Shown: one piece after another, positions 51,429 to 62,590 of the stretch
How the letters are laid out: the number at the start of each line of letters is the position of its first letter
How positions within the stretch are numbered: the first letter of the stretch is position 1
DNA from: Lepidodermella squamata
Lineage: Eukaryota > Animalia > Gastrotricha
DNA: 64,000 bases
Assembly (NCBI GenBank): GCA_047495785.1
Contig: JBLDXI010000030.1
Location: 992,001 to 1,056,000 of the forward strand
Reading direction: 5' to 3'
Notes under the pieces: generated by a model
Seen by the model: only the letters and a program-made list of their open reading frames with translations
Databases searched by the model: none
Told to the model about the DNA's origin: nothing
Position numbers and translations under genes: made by a program

Positions 51429-52539
51429 TGGATGGGCCGAAGCCATGGGTCCTGGAAGAGCGCTCTTAGGGTCGCTTGTTGGGGTCTCTTGAGGACAGAT
51501 AGGTAGCGATTGGTGCAGTCTTGCTGACATTCCCAATCTACCACTTTCCCTTTTGTAACACGATGAAGTGATCGGCCACCGTTGGGGCAGGGCGTCATTG
51601 ATTAATCGATCAGTTGTTGAAACTCATTACGCCGTTGACCGAATCTGTTGCTCTTATAGGCTCTTGGGCTGCTATCACCGGCAGTTTGATGCTTCCGAAC
51701 TTATCTGCGACGAACTGAGTCTCTACAACTCCCAGAACCGCCGAGTTATCCGTTCTCCGGTGCGTGGTAGCCGCCGCGTATCGCCTTGAGACTTTCATAA
51801 CTCCCTGCATAGATCACTCCGTTCTACGACTCCCTGGTTAGAGGTATTATTAGTCCTATTTTCTACGAGCGAGGAAACGGACACTTCACTCTGCGGGAGA
51901 ACTACCGCTAGGGATGGTAGGGATCGTCCCTACCAGTTCCCCGGTCTTATTTCACTATCTTCCACGAACTAAGCCTCTTCAACTCCCAGTACCGCTGAGT
52001 TTTAGCCAGCGCTTGGTTCAACTTAGCATACACTTTGACTCGCCTATGGCTTTCTACAACTCCCGGGTTAGATGGTATTAGCCCCATTTTCTAACCGTAG
52101 CACCACCGTAGTTCTTACCGTTCTAACGTCTACCGTAGTGAATACGTGCCGTTTATTAAGGTACCGTAGGTGGACAAAATGAAAAGTGACAGTAGCAGAT
52201 GAGATTTGAACCCTCAATTGAACCCTCGAAGACAGGCCCCGTATCAACTGAGCTATCATGCAGATTCGGACATGCTAGTCTTTTAAAGGTGTCCCTCAGT
52301 GGTTTTTGCGTTCGTCTCAAACAAGACAGTTTCTGGAAAGTTTCATTTCTAGAAGAAAGTCTACTAGTGAAAACTATGGTACCGTGCTGAAAAACTACCG
52401 CGCCGCAGTGCTTTACCGTAGTTTCTACCGGAGTCGTGACTTAGAACTAAGATATATATACTTGAAATAAACACCCGTGTAGGGTATAATTTGAAGAGAA
52501 AGCGCATCGGCAAAGAACTCTTATTCACTTTATTTAAAC

Positions 52540-52578
52540 GTGACGTTTCGGCTCTCTCGCGAGCCATCATCAGACTAG
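52540..52578 (-). ncRNA. Hammerhead ribozyme-like motif (minimal type I, possibly degenerate)
   Basis: ctagtCTGATGAt-ggctc-gcgaga-gagcc-GAAAcgTC; core boxes and stem II are clear, stem I is weak. Confidence 0.5.
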
Positions 52579-52726
52579 AAAGCAAAACAAGATAAAGAAC
52601 AAGGTAAAGGGGAAATCACAACAGAGAAAGTCCACAACAAAAAATTATGAATTGCACTAAAATACCTTCAATTTGATAGAATCTGACTGCACGTTTAGGC
52701 TCATTGCTAGTTTGATTTTCTTTATC

Positions 52727-52891
52727 CAGGGTGCGAACTACAGGGGTGCTGGGGTGTCGCGACACCCCAGCTCCGGGACTCCAAACAGATGAAGGCTGAA
52801 AAAACCACAGGGGGGCCCTTTGGTTTTTTCGGCTGGGTCATAGATAACAAGTAGAAAACACCTCAGCTCCTGGATCCTACTTCGCACCCTG
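52727..52891. mobile_element. hAT-like MITE
   Basis: TIR cagggtgcgaa / ttcgcaccctg; 8-bp flanks tctttatc / tctatatc (1 mismatch). Confidence 0.7.
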
Positions 52892-53730
52892 TCTATATCT
52901 AAAGATATCTATATAAAGAAAATCAAACTAGCAGCACGCGCAGCACGCCATCTTGAGAGTCCGTTCTACAACTACTACGCCAGAGTCTCCGCCCTCGAGC
53001 ACTGCTGTCGCTTGCTAGGCGAGTTTGTGTGGCGCATTCAACGCCGCTATGAGGTAACCTTGGGAGGTAACGCCGTTCGCTGAGTGGTGCCGTTGCGTGA
53101 GGTTATGGAAAGGTTACTGTGAATCTTGGTCATGGCATGCATAGAGATTACAGCAGGCTCGATTCAGGCCCGATAGTTTACAGGTAGAACTACCATCATT
53201 GTTCTCGTCAGTCTCAAAGGTTCCCCCCGGCGCTACTGCGGCAGCTTTGCTGCTGCTGTTGCCAATAATACTCTTGTCACTTTCGTGCTGAATACTTCTG
53301 CTATCTGCATTTTCTAATAAAATAGCTTAAAGAATCGAATTTTCGGATTTTCTACTCACGAATAACACCAGTGCCCTGAAGTTTTGCATAACACCAACCT
53401 TCAAACCTTGTATATCAGTTCATCGAACCTTGTTTAAAATTGGCCACAGCTCGATTCATATAGAGGCCTGAAAAAACCGACAACAGCCGTCCTAGAACTT
53501 CAAAGGATAAGCAATACCTGGAGCTATGCCAAACTTAAAATTTATGAGATTTTGCTTCCCTGCATCTCATAACAAAACCCCAAAAACCAAAATCTAGTGC
53601 ATTTGCAGGAACTAAGCAGGAAATTTGACATGACTGCTGACTTGATCGTTGAGTGTTACCCATCTATTCGGAAAATTATTTCGGCCTATTGCACATAATC
53701 GAAAATAAAAAAGCGCATTGGATAAAATTC

Positions 53731-54912
53731 ATGGCACTGCTTACTCTGGTTTTACTCATGATGATCGTAAAAACCGCTTTTACGGACGGCGATTTATCGA
53801 CTGCAGGGAAATTAGAGGCTAAATACACTGAATATTGCCCGGCTATTCGATCGAAATGCCTGCCAACGGATCACTTATTACATTCCAACAACAGCGGCCC
53901 GCTCGATGTATCTATTGAAATGAGCCTTCATCGTTTTGTAGGAATCGACGATGTGGATCAAAAGCTGTCTTTACTTGCATATCTCTCTATGTATTGGAGC
54001 CCACCTTGCGATACCCCGAACTGCACCGATTTACTATCCGAGACAGAGTGCAAGATAACCGACCCCGAAAGGCTGGTATTTCTAGTCCCGGCAATGGAAT
54101 TTTGGACGCCAGGGATCATTCATGTTACTGCTTATGAGTCGCCTGCTCTCAGTCGCAGAGTAAGTGACCAGGTTGTGATCAATCCTTTTCTGTCACGATT
54201 ATTCTCAATGACTTACACGATTTACGACCGATTCGACGTTTCCTGCACAACTTTCAGCTACAGGAAATATCCCTTCGATACGCAATCCTGCACGCTGGTT
54301 TTTGAATCTACAGATTATTACGGGGACATTAATTTCTACATTTACTCATTTGCAATCGACGCGTCAGCCCGGGAGACTTTCATCGTTGACACGGATATCT
54401 GGTCAGTCGTAGAGCCTCTCGAGTATGCGAGCTATTCAATTTTGCAGGGTAAGAGCCTGTTCAATGTTAACCGAATCAATATGACGATCCGATTCCGCCG
54501 CAAAAGTGGCTACTACGTCTGCAACATCTTCATTCCAACCATTACGCTTTTCTTTCTTCAAGTCGTTTCATTGATAACCGAGCCTGTGAACCGAGACCAA
54601 TCAGCGTTTTGCGTGACTGTCGTGCTGTCTTACGTTGTATTTCTCACCATAATTTTTGGCATGATTCCAATAACTTCAGACCACGTCTATCTTGTGTACA
54701 TGGTCGCGGCCAAATTCATCGTTGCTGTCCTAATCACAGCCTACACGTGCGTGAGCCCCAGTATTCCCGGGTCAATGAAATCTCGAGTTATCAAGTTAAG
54801 CAAATGCCTGGCCATTCCAATTCATCGCCTTCTCGACCTGGCTGTGGCTGCAACTGCAGGCCTCCTTGTGTTAATTTTTGACTTGGTTCTTTTCTCACTG
54901 ATGTTGTCTTAA
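53731..54912 (+). CDS. Intronless divergent Cys-loop pLGIC subunit B3, 393 aa
   Basis: ATG at 53731 opens a signal peptide (MALLTLVLLMMIV); Cys-loop CTTFSYRKYPFDTQSC; four TM helices. Confidence 0.92.
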   Translation: MALLTLVLLMMIVKTAFTDGDLSTAGKLEAKYTEYCPAIRSKCLPTDHLLHSNNSGPLDVSIEMSLHRFVGIDDVDQKLSLLAYLSMYWSPPCDTPNCTDLLSETECKITDPERLVFLVPAMEFWTPGIIHVTAYESPALSRRVSDQVVINPFLSRLFSMTYTIYDRFDVSCTTFSYRKYPFDTQSCTLVFESTDYYGDINFYIYSFAIDASARETFIVDTDIWSVVEPLEYASYSILQGKSLFNVNRINMTIRFRRKSGYYVCNIFIPTITLFFLQVVSLITEPVNRDQSAFCVTVVLSYVVFLTIIFGMIPITSDHVYLVYMVAAKFIVAVLITAYTCVSPSIPGSMKSRVIKLSKCLAIPIHRLLDLAVAATAGLLVLIFDLVLFSLMLS

Positions 54913-56254
54913 ATTCATTCTTTACTGCTGGTCTAGCTGTCCTATATTTTGCGTTTTAAAGTATCTTGAAGTATCGGTGAATTGAGCTGCTAGCATAATA
55001 AAAGGAGTGTTCTTTAGTATTAATTTTTATAAATAATGGAGTTTGCAGCAGGGTTCGATCGGTATGTATCTAGCATAGCATATCATATCATTATCTTCAT
55101 TTCATCATTTCTTTCTCAGATTCTAAGTTATAAGTCAACAATATTCAACAAATATTAACAAAGTTTATAGTACAGAGGAAAATGAAGAAAATAGAAGGAA
55201 AAATGATGAAATGAAAATGACCCCGGTGTACCCAGTTCGCCGGGCGTGACGATGATTTAACTCACGCCAAGTGCACCGACTGTCAGAGGAGGACCGGTAG
55301 CAAGCTACAAGCTACCTATCCTTATTGACTACCTCTGAACTCACCCTTAATCCGATATTTTAATTTCCCCATAATAGCTATGAATGTTATGTCGCCAAGT
55401 AGTATCCTCGACCAGGGCGTTGGCCTCCTCAACATTTTTAATCCCTATTTTGTTCAAATGTGTTGATGCAATCAATTAAACTTAAGTTCGCCCTCGAGTC
55501 GCCCTCGCCCTCGCCCTCGCCCTCGAGGTCTACTCCAAGTCATGTGACGTAGATTGGACGCCGTACCCAGAGCACCCCGGCTGACCAAAAGACGTGTTCG
55601 CTATTTGCTCATGAATATTCAGAATAATTTGCAGCCTAAGAACTAAACTGACGGAGCTCCATTCGAATTTGTTAACAAATTTAAATTTGAAAATTTGAAA
55701 TTAATTTCCCAGCTTAACTTCTGAAGATCGCAAAAAGTAAAGTTTTGGCGCGATTACGGAGACGCTACCAAGATGAGATGCATTTTGAAGATGAATTCAG
55801 GTGATGGATGGCAGCTTCTGCTCAAAATTTCAAAATTCGATCTCAAGTCAACAGAAATGGCACAAGAAATATGTACTGGGGTGGAAAAAAATGACATGAT
55901 TCATCTCATTAAATTTGAAACGATGAACTTTGCTTCTTATTAGTCTGACTTCAGTTTCTCGTATCCTTAGTGCAGCGTCACATGCTCCAAGTATCATCCG
56001 GCGGCTGCCAGTACCGCATCTGGCTTGCCGCAACAGGATACATGCGAGCGACGTGCCCATACCAGCGATTTTGACGGTTAGCCCAGAAATTTTGGATGTA
56101 AACTGTTCCGATGCTTTGAAAAATTAGAATTTTAGGGAAAAGGAAAACATAAATATTGGGTTTCACTTTTTATTTCATCCTAAGCCGCTTTTCAAAGATT
56201 CGCGCGTTCAAAGATTTTGCAACGATAATAATTAGACTTATGTCGCGGTAATTA

Positions 56255-56448
56255 CAGTGGAACTGGAACCCCGATTTCCCGTCTTCTGCGGTTCCACGAA
56301 AATCCTGACGGAAAATCAAACTTGACGGGAAATCGAGGTAGTTTTAAATGTAATTGCACTCTGCAGGTCCAAGTCGCTCTTGAATATGTACATATCGCGA
56401 TTTCCCGTCAGACGGGAAATCAGGTGACAGGAAATCGGGGTTCGACTG
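56255..56448. mobile_element. Tc1/pogo-type MITE
   Basis: ta|cagtggaac..ccccgatttcc ... ggaaatcggggttcgactg|ta. Confidence 0.7.
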
Positions 56449-56823
56449 TATTGCACATTGCACTTATTCGAATCTCCCTTTTTGGAACCGGTATCAGTAT
56501 TAGATTTTTATATATCTTGTTTTAAATGATCAACATTTTCAAGTGATGATTTCCGCATATCTTTTAAAAATATCAACAAATCAAAACTTTGTGATTGTGA
56601 TTCACTAAAGAAATAACTAATTATAGCTATGATATCATTGATGGTTTTGGTCAATCTCCAATATCAAATTTACAGTTTACATTGGATCGAACTGCTCTAT
56701 AATGTTTAACAGGAAATTTGCGCATGCTCACTGAATGAAATGGTGGTTTGCATTCAGTTGATCGAAGCAGCTCGTGAAGTTTAATGCGCAGTTTAAGGAA
56801 AGCATCGACAGAAAACAAGTAAA

Positions 56824-57984
56824 ATGGCTTTGATAATATATCTTCTAATTTTACAAATTGACGCGATAAGATCTGCCCTTTCTCATGCTGAAAGCCTGGA
56901 GGCAACATACGCCGACTTCTGCCCAGCCTTGCGGTCGATGACCCTACCTCTCGACCAAATGATCAACTCGAACAATAGCAATCCGATTGTTGTGAATATC
57001 ACAATGTCTCTGGTTCGATTTGTGGGCGTCGACGATGTCAAGCAGAAGTTGTCTCTGGTGGCTATGTTCGATAGGACGTGGACGCTGCCGTGTCGAATCC
57101 CAAAATGCACCGATCTGTTATCGGAAGGAGAATGCGCAATAATACCCGATATCCAATCGATATTTTTCGAAGTCCCTGCGAGTCGTATTTGGACGCCGGA
57201 AATCTTCCACATGACAGCGTATAAATCGCCTGTACTAACTCAGGGAGTAAGAGACCACGTTGCGGTCTATCCACTTTCAAATGCGGTATTTTATGGGATG
57301 TATGAACGATTCGACGTTTCTTGCACAGGCTTCAGTTACCGCAATTTTCCCTTCGATACGCAAGCCTGCTCGTTACTTTTCGAATCAGGTTATCGTCTAA
57401 GTTTGGTAGTAATCCGCTTGGGATCATTTCAAATCGAAAACTCCTCAGGAAACACCTTCATAGTTGATACTGACATATGGTCAGTCGTCGAGCTATTCGG
57501 AAACAATGCAACAGTTGAGGGAATCGACAAGTCAGAGTATGCTCGAATTAACATGACAATTCAATTTCGCCGCAAAAGCATCTACTACGTCTGCAACATT
57601 TTCGTTCCGACTATCACGCTTTTCATCCTTCAAGTAGTTTCTTTGATAGCCGAACCAATTAACCGGGACCAATCAGCATTTTGCGTGACTGTAGTGCTGT
57701 CTTACGTTGTGTTTCTCACCTCAATTTTTGACATGATGCCAACAACTTCGGATCATATCTATCTTGTCTACATGATAGCCACTAAATTTATCATGGCAGT
57801 CCTAATCACGGCCTATACTTGCTTGAGCCCCAGTATCCCCGAGTCACTGAAATCTAGGGTTGTCAAGTTGCACAAATGCCTGGCCATACCCATGCATCGC
57901 CTTCTGGACCTTGCGATTGCTGCAGCGGCAGGACTGGTAGTGATGATCAATGACTCTGTTCTTTTCTCACTGATGCTATCCTGA
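56824..57984 (+). CDS. Intronless divergent Cys-loop pLGIC subunit B4, 386 aa
   Basis: Complete ORF with signal peptide, CTGFSYRNFPFDTQAC and four TM helices. Confidence 0.92.
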   Translation: MALIIYLLILQIDAIRSALSHAESLEATYADFCPALRSMTLPLDQMINSNNSNPIVVNITMSLVRFVGVDDVKQKLSLVAMFDRTWTLPCRIPKCTDLLSEGECAIIPDIQSIFFEVPASRIWTPEIFHMTAYKSPVLTQGVRDHVAVYPLSNAVFYGMYERFDVSCTGFSYRNFPFDTQACSLLFESGYRLSLVVIRLGSFQIENSSGNTFIVDTDIWSVVELFGNNATVEGIDKSEYARINMTIQFRRKSIYYVCNIFVPTITLFILQVVSLIAEPINRDQSAFCVTVVLSYVVFLTSIFDMMPTTSDHIYLVYMIATKFIMAVLITAYTCLSPSIPESLKSRVVKLHKCLAIPMHRLLDLAIAAAAGLVVMINDSVLFSLMLS

Positions 57985-59242
57985 ATTCAGTTAGACGTTC
58001 CTGATCCTTTCGCGGTTAACTGCATCTCGATCTCTCTATTTTCTGTATTTTTTCTTGCTGATCTCGCTGTTTCAGTGATCTACCCGGCTAGGTAAAAGCT
58101 CAATATCAGAACATTTTACGACAATAATGAATCAGCTTAAGTGATCATCTGACTTTTTTTATCTGCCAATAAAAGGAGTTTGTCGTTATATTCTCGGTTC
58201 TTGATCATATATTTTTGCCCCTGGTGGCCTGAGTTTGTGATACACTTGCCAAAAAATTAGCATGATTTAGCATGATGTTTTTTTTTAATTAATTTTTGAA
58301 ATAATTGCAACTAGCAATTTTGGGGCCGAGCCGTCGGCGCGGCCATCCGATTTGGTCCACCTATGGAAAAATAAAGGAACCACAAAGAATACATATTTCT
58401 TGGAGCTAATCAACTTATCTGAGTGGGCACGGATTCGTGACTTTTAATCAGCAATCAACTTCAGTATATTATATTATTCGATCTAGAATCTAGACATAAA
58501 AATGTATCGCTATGAAGGTCAATGCTGCACATCAATGCCTACCCCATGGTTAGGATAATGAGTCTGTAATCTTAACTTGCATCTCTCACTTCTCAAGGAT
58601 TGTTAGGACGTCGCCTATATCAACATTAAGTAACCATGTCACTAAAGATCATTATAGATTGTGAGCTAAAGATGTGTCTAATAACTCGCTGTATATTTCA
58701 CGATGTTAATCTTGAGAGGTCTAAGCATCTAATCACAATTCAGAACCTTTATCTGAGTACTGAGTATTGATTTCATGCTAAGAAATTGAGCTTATCATGT
58801 CCTTATTTCAATGAAATCTTGGTAACGCCAAGGTTAACATTAGTATTTTGATCTCTCAGTTCTCAGTCAGGAACGATTTCTTTTGATCTTAAACTTGTGA
58901 GACTACCATAGACATGCATCTTTAAAATCTCGAAGAGGATGTGCCTAGAGGTAAGATAATTTACTAACCACAATAATCCCGATGTTACTAATAATCGATT
59001 TGACATAGATCTTACGCTGATTTTGAGGTATGCGCTAAGCTTGACATACTCTGTAAGTGATCCCTCTTGATAATTCGATCTCTATTAGATCTCTATTAGA
59101 TCTCCGTAAACAGCTTCTAGTAAGATACAAAATACAAAACAACCTACTCTGTAAGTATATACTTAGCAAAACCTGGTTTTCGCATGCCAACAATTTGATT
59201 CTCTATCCAACCACGTTTTTATTTTCCATTTATCAACTTCCG

Positions 59243-60335
59243 TTATATTGGTATAGCCAGGCATTTGCTCACCTTGAAAACGCGAGATTTCAGAGATTCG
59301 GCGATGCTAGGGCTCAAGCAAGTATACGCCGTGATGACGACTGCAACGATGAATTTGGCTGCAACCATATAGACAAGATAGACATGGTCAGAGGTTATTG
59401 GAATCATGCCAAAAATCAGCGTCAGAAATACAGCATAAGACAGAACGACAGTGACGCAAAACGCTGATTGGTCTCGCTTTACTGGTTCAGCGATCAAAGA
59501 AACGACTTGAAGCATGAAAAGAGTGATAGTCGGAACGAAGATGTTGCAGACGTAGTAGCCACCTTTTCGGCGAAAACGAATCGTCATATTGATTCGGTTA
59601 ACATTGTACAGGCTCTTACCCTGCAAAATTGAATAGCTCGCATACTCGAGAGGCTCTACGACTGACCAGATATCCGTGTCAACGATGAAAGTCTCCCGGG
59701 CTGACGCATCGATTGCAAATGAGTAAATGTAGAAATTATTATCCCTGTAATAATCTGTAGATTCAAAAACTAGCGTGCAGGATTGCGTATCGAATGGATA
59801 TTTTCTATAGCTGAAAGTTGTACAGGAAACGACGAATCGGTCGTGAATCGTGTATGTCATTGAGAATAATTGTGACAATAAAGGATTTATCACAACCTGG
59901 TCACTTACTCTGCGACTGAGAGCAGGCGACTCAAACGCTGTAACATGAATGATCCCCGGCGTCCAAAATTCCATTGCCGGGACTAGAAAGACCAGCCTTT
60001 CGGGGTCAGTTATCATGCATTTTTCTTCAGATAGTAAATCTGTGCAGTTCGGGGTTTCGCATGGCAGGCTCCAATACATAATACATGGTGAAGTATGCGA
60101 GTAGAGATAGCTTTTGCTCCACGTCATCGATTCCCACATAACGGTGAAGGTTGATTTCGATGGCTACGTGGAGCGGGCCGCTAATGTTGGAAAATTGGTG
60201 ATCCGTTGGTAGGCATTTCGATCGGATAGCCGGGCAAAATTCAGCGTATTTAGCTTCCAACTTTCCTGCACTCGACAAATCGTCTTCCATGAACGCAAGT
60301 TTGACCAACGTCAGTAGAACCAGAAGCGATTCCAT
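59243..60335 (-). pseudogene. pLGIC B5, inverted paralog of B3; frameshifted and lacking M4
   Basis: 7-nt duplication (atgtatt) near 60073-60086; homology stops at CLAIPI. Confidence 0.85.
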
Positions 60336-61231
60336 GCTGACGTGGGTTTTTTGTGTGTTCAGCTATGTGAAAGGTAGAGATAATATTCCGACCAAATGCT
60401 CAAATCGGTTATATTCATCGACCAAGTAAGGCCAGACCTGCTGGAAAGTTGAATGGATATTTTTTTAATAAATCACATGAAAACAACTTTGGCAACGCTT
60501 TGGCAACGCGGATGTCTCGAATCAAAAATTCATTTTTTTCGCTTTTAAAAACGTTTTAGACCCAAAGCGCAAATCCATGGATTTAATTTAATTTGATATT
60601 GATCCCTTTTCTACTGACCTAAGATTTACCTTGTTTAGTTACTGCCGGCATCATTTTGATTTTTATAAATTTTGATTAACCATTAGGAATGAAATAGCCT
60701 CTGGTCTCCGCATTTGAGGCCTCACCGGCGGAAATCTGTGTAAAACGAATGTACATTTTTTCGAGGCTGCTTGTAATGCCAACTCTCTGCGCCAATTCTT
60801 ATACTAAACATGTGAGTAAAAAGTAAAAAGCTGGTATGCTCATGTTTCTATAGGCTTCGATTGTCTCCATTTATGAGTCCAGCATGTAAAAATACATAGT
60901 AGAAAAGGTGATAGCGTGTTTTTTATGAGGCCAGTCAGCTTGTTTGCAACCAGTTTTTTTATGCCGTTTGTTTAAGAGGCCTCCAAGGAATGTATAGACG
61001 GCCTACATATATGACATAGTCTACATTTACGAGTCCAGCAGATCAAAATATACCAAAAGAAATATGCCAAAGCGTGGGTTTTATAAGGCAAGTGAGCTTT
61101 TTACTAGTTCATACGTTGAGGAGACCTCGAAAACAGAGACCATCCAAGGCTATATATTAACATGATAACTTCCATCGACACCAACCACCAACCAATAAAC
61201 ACTACTTCCTCGTACATTTCGACACTGAAAA

Positions 61232-61915
61232 ATGGCTGTTTGCGCTAAGGCTCTCGTCCTCTCGGCTGTTCTCTGCGTCGCTGCAGCCCAGCAAGCCTTC
61301 AACTTTCTCGGCTATCAGGAACCGTGCCCTGGCCTTTTCTCTCAAGTGTTGTGAGTTTTGCGACAATTATTTCGGAAGAAGTTTAAAACTTTTCTCTTTA
61401 GCATTCGCTGCCCTTTGACACTCAGCGACGATGCAAGCCTGAAGTGCCACCGATGCCTGTGGAGTGACATCCCACCACTAGCTCTGTGAGTATTGAAGCA
61501 CTGCATTTCATTGGATTCTTATTGAATTTATTCATTCTTTTAAAGCTCATATCAGACCAGCAAAGAAGGATGCGATGCTATGTTGGCCCACGTCAAGTAT
61601 GCAAATTCCATGAATTTCAATCGCTGATGTTTTACTCTACCTTGATATTATCACTAGGACCCGCGATGTCGCTAACTGCGGTGCGAATGTCTGCAGCTTA
61701 GCCGAGACTGAAGCTACTACTCACTGCCGAAAGCGGGATTCGCCCGATTGCTACCAGTGCGTTAACAAGAACTGCGACATGTCTGGCAAGGCCGATTGCA
61801 ACGCCAAGTACAACTGTGTCAGGTGAGTCTCAAAGAGCTTCGATATTTTCAGTTTTGATAATTTCCAAACTTTTTCAGGGCAAACATCGACAGCGGAAGA
61901 TGTGGCCCTCGATGA
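61232..61915 (+). CDS. Small secreted Cys-rich protein, 151 aa; exons 61232-61350, 61402-61485, 61546-61596, 61658-61822, 61879-61915
   Basis: Signal MAVCAKALVLSAVLCVAAA; four GT-AG phase-2 introns of 51-61 nt give an open frame with 14 mature Cys, ending ANIDSGRCGPR*. Confidence 0.78.
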
Positions 61916-62059
61916 TCAGTTGCACTCAGTGATCCTTCTCGATGACTTCAATTTTTTGTTGATATGGAAATCTCTTGAAGCATAAAGCTTCTGTCTCTCC
62001 AAACTTAATAATAAAGATTTGTTAGATATTTGTGGTTTGCAATACTGTTGTCATGACTC

Positions 62060-62130
62060 ACGACTTTTCGTGGTTATCCTGACGTTGATTTTCGACATGG
62101 TCCCGAAAACTTTAGATCATGCCTGGCTTC
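62060..62130 (+). pseudogene. Short family B M2-M3 remnant
   Basis: VILTLIFDMVPKTLDH matches the family B M2-M3 loop; counterpart of the 43900 fragment. Confidence 0.6.
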
Positions 62131-62590
62131 TGGCTTGTGTAAACAGCAGGGTGCGATCTGGGATCCCGAAGCTGCCAGGGATGAAAAAACGTTTTTTGCT
62201 GTTTTTGCCGAAATGACTTGTCAAATCAACTAAAAAGCGAGCGAAGCGAGAAAATGTTGAAGATTTTAATCTAAAACTCGTTCCAAAACCTCTCAAAATT
62301 AGTGAAATAGTGGGATAAGTTCTCATTTTGTTGTCTGGCCCGGCCGAGCTAGGGGAATGTTTTTCCTTATTTGCCTCACTGCTCCAAGCTGTGATTTAGT
62401 TTATCGGGTGATATATCTCAGCGCTGCCTGCCAAGGCCATCGCGAATTTCCTGTCAAACATTGATTCCTAAATAAATGAACTTTCTTCAAATCGTTTGCA
62501 TCCCGTTCGAAATCGCAAATGTGCGATGTCAGTCTGTGTGGTGAAGCGTGAGGCATTCAGCGAAAGCCAGAGTAGCAGTTATCCCAAAAT

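Larger units (their letters stand above)
52460..52933 (-). mobile_element. 3' fragment of a Penelope-like retroelement
   Basis: Minus strand reads IKKIKLAMSLNVQSDSIKLKVF* (resembles a PLE GIY-YIG C-terminus), followed by a CTGATGA...GAAAC motif; short inverted duplicate at 52911-52933. Confidence 0.6.
48599..53265 (+). mobile_element. Non-autonomous Helitron-like element, copy 2 (outer), with nested elements
   Basis: tttcaaa|TGCCGGGGGGAACC...GTTGCCAA|taatactc; the empty site tttcaaataatactc is at 42241. Confidence 0.78.
48345..53330 (+). pseudogene. Duplicated 3' end of the astacin-UBR gene (48345-48598 and 53266-53330), interrupted at its stop codon
   Basis: Near-identical to 41992-42310 on both sides of the Helitron-like insertion. 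Confidence 0.85.

Noticed and set aside
53653-53730. GTG-initiated N-terminal extension of B3 in the ORF track
   Set aside because: The ATG at 53731 starts the signal peptide and matches paralog starts.
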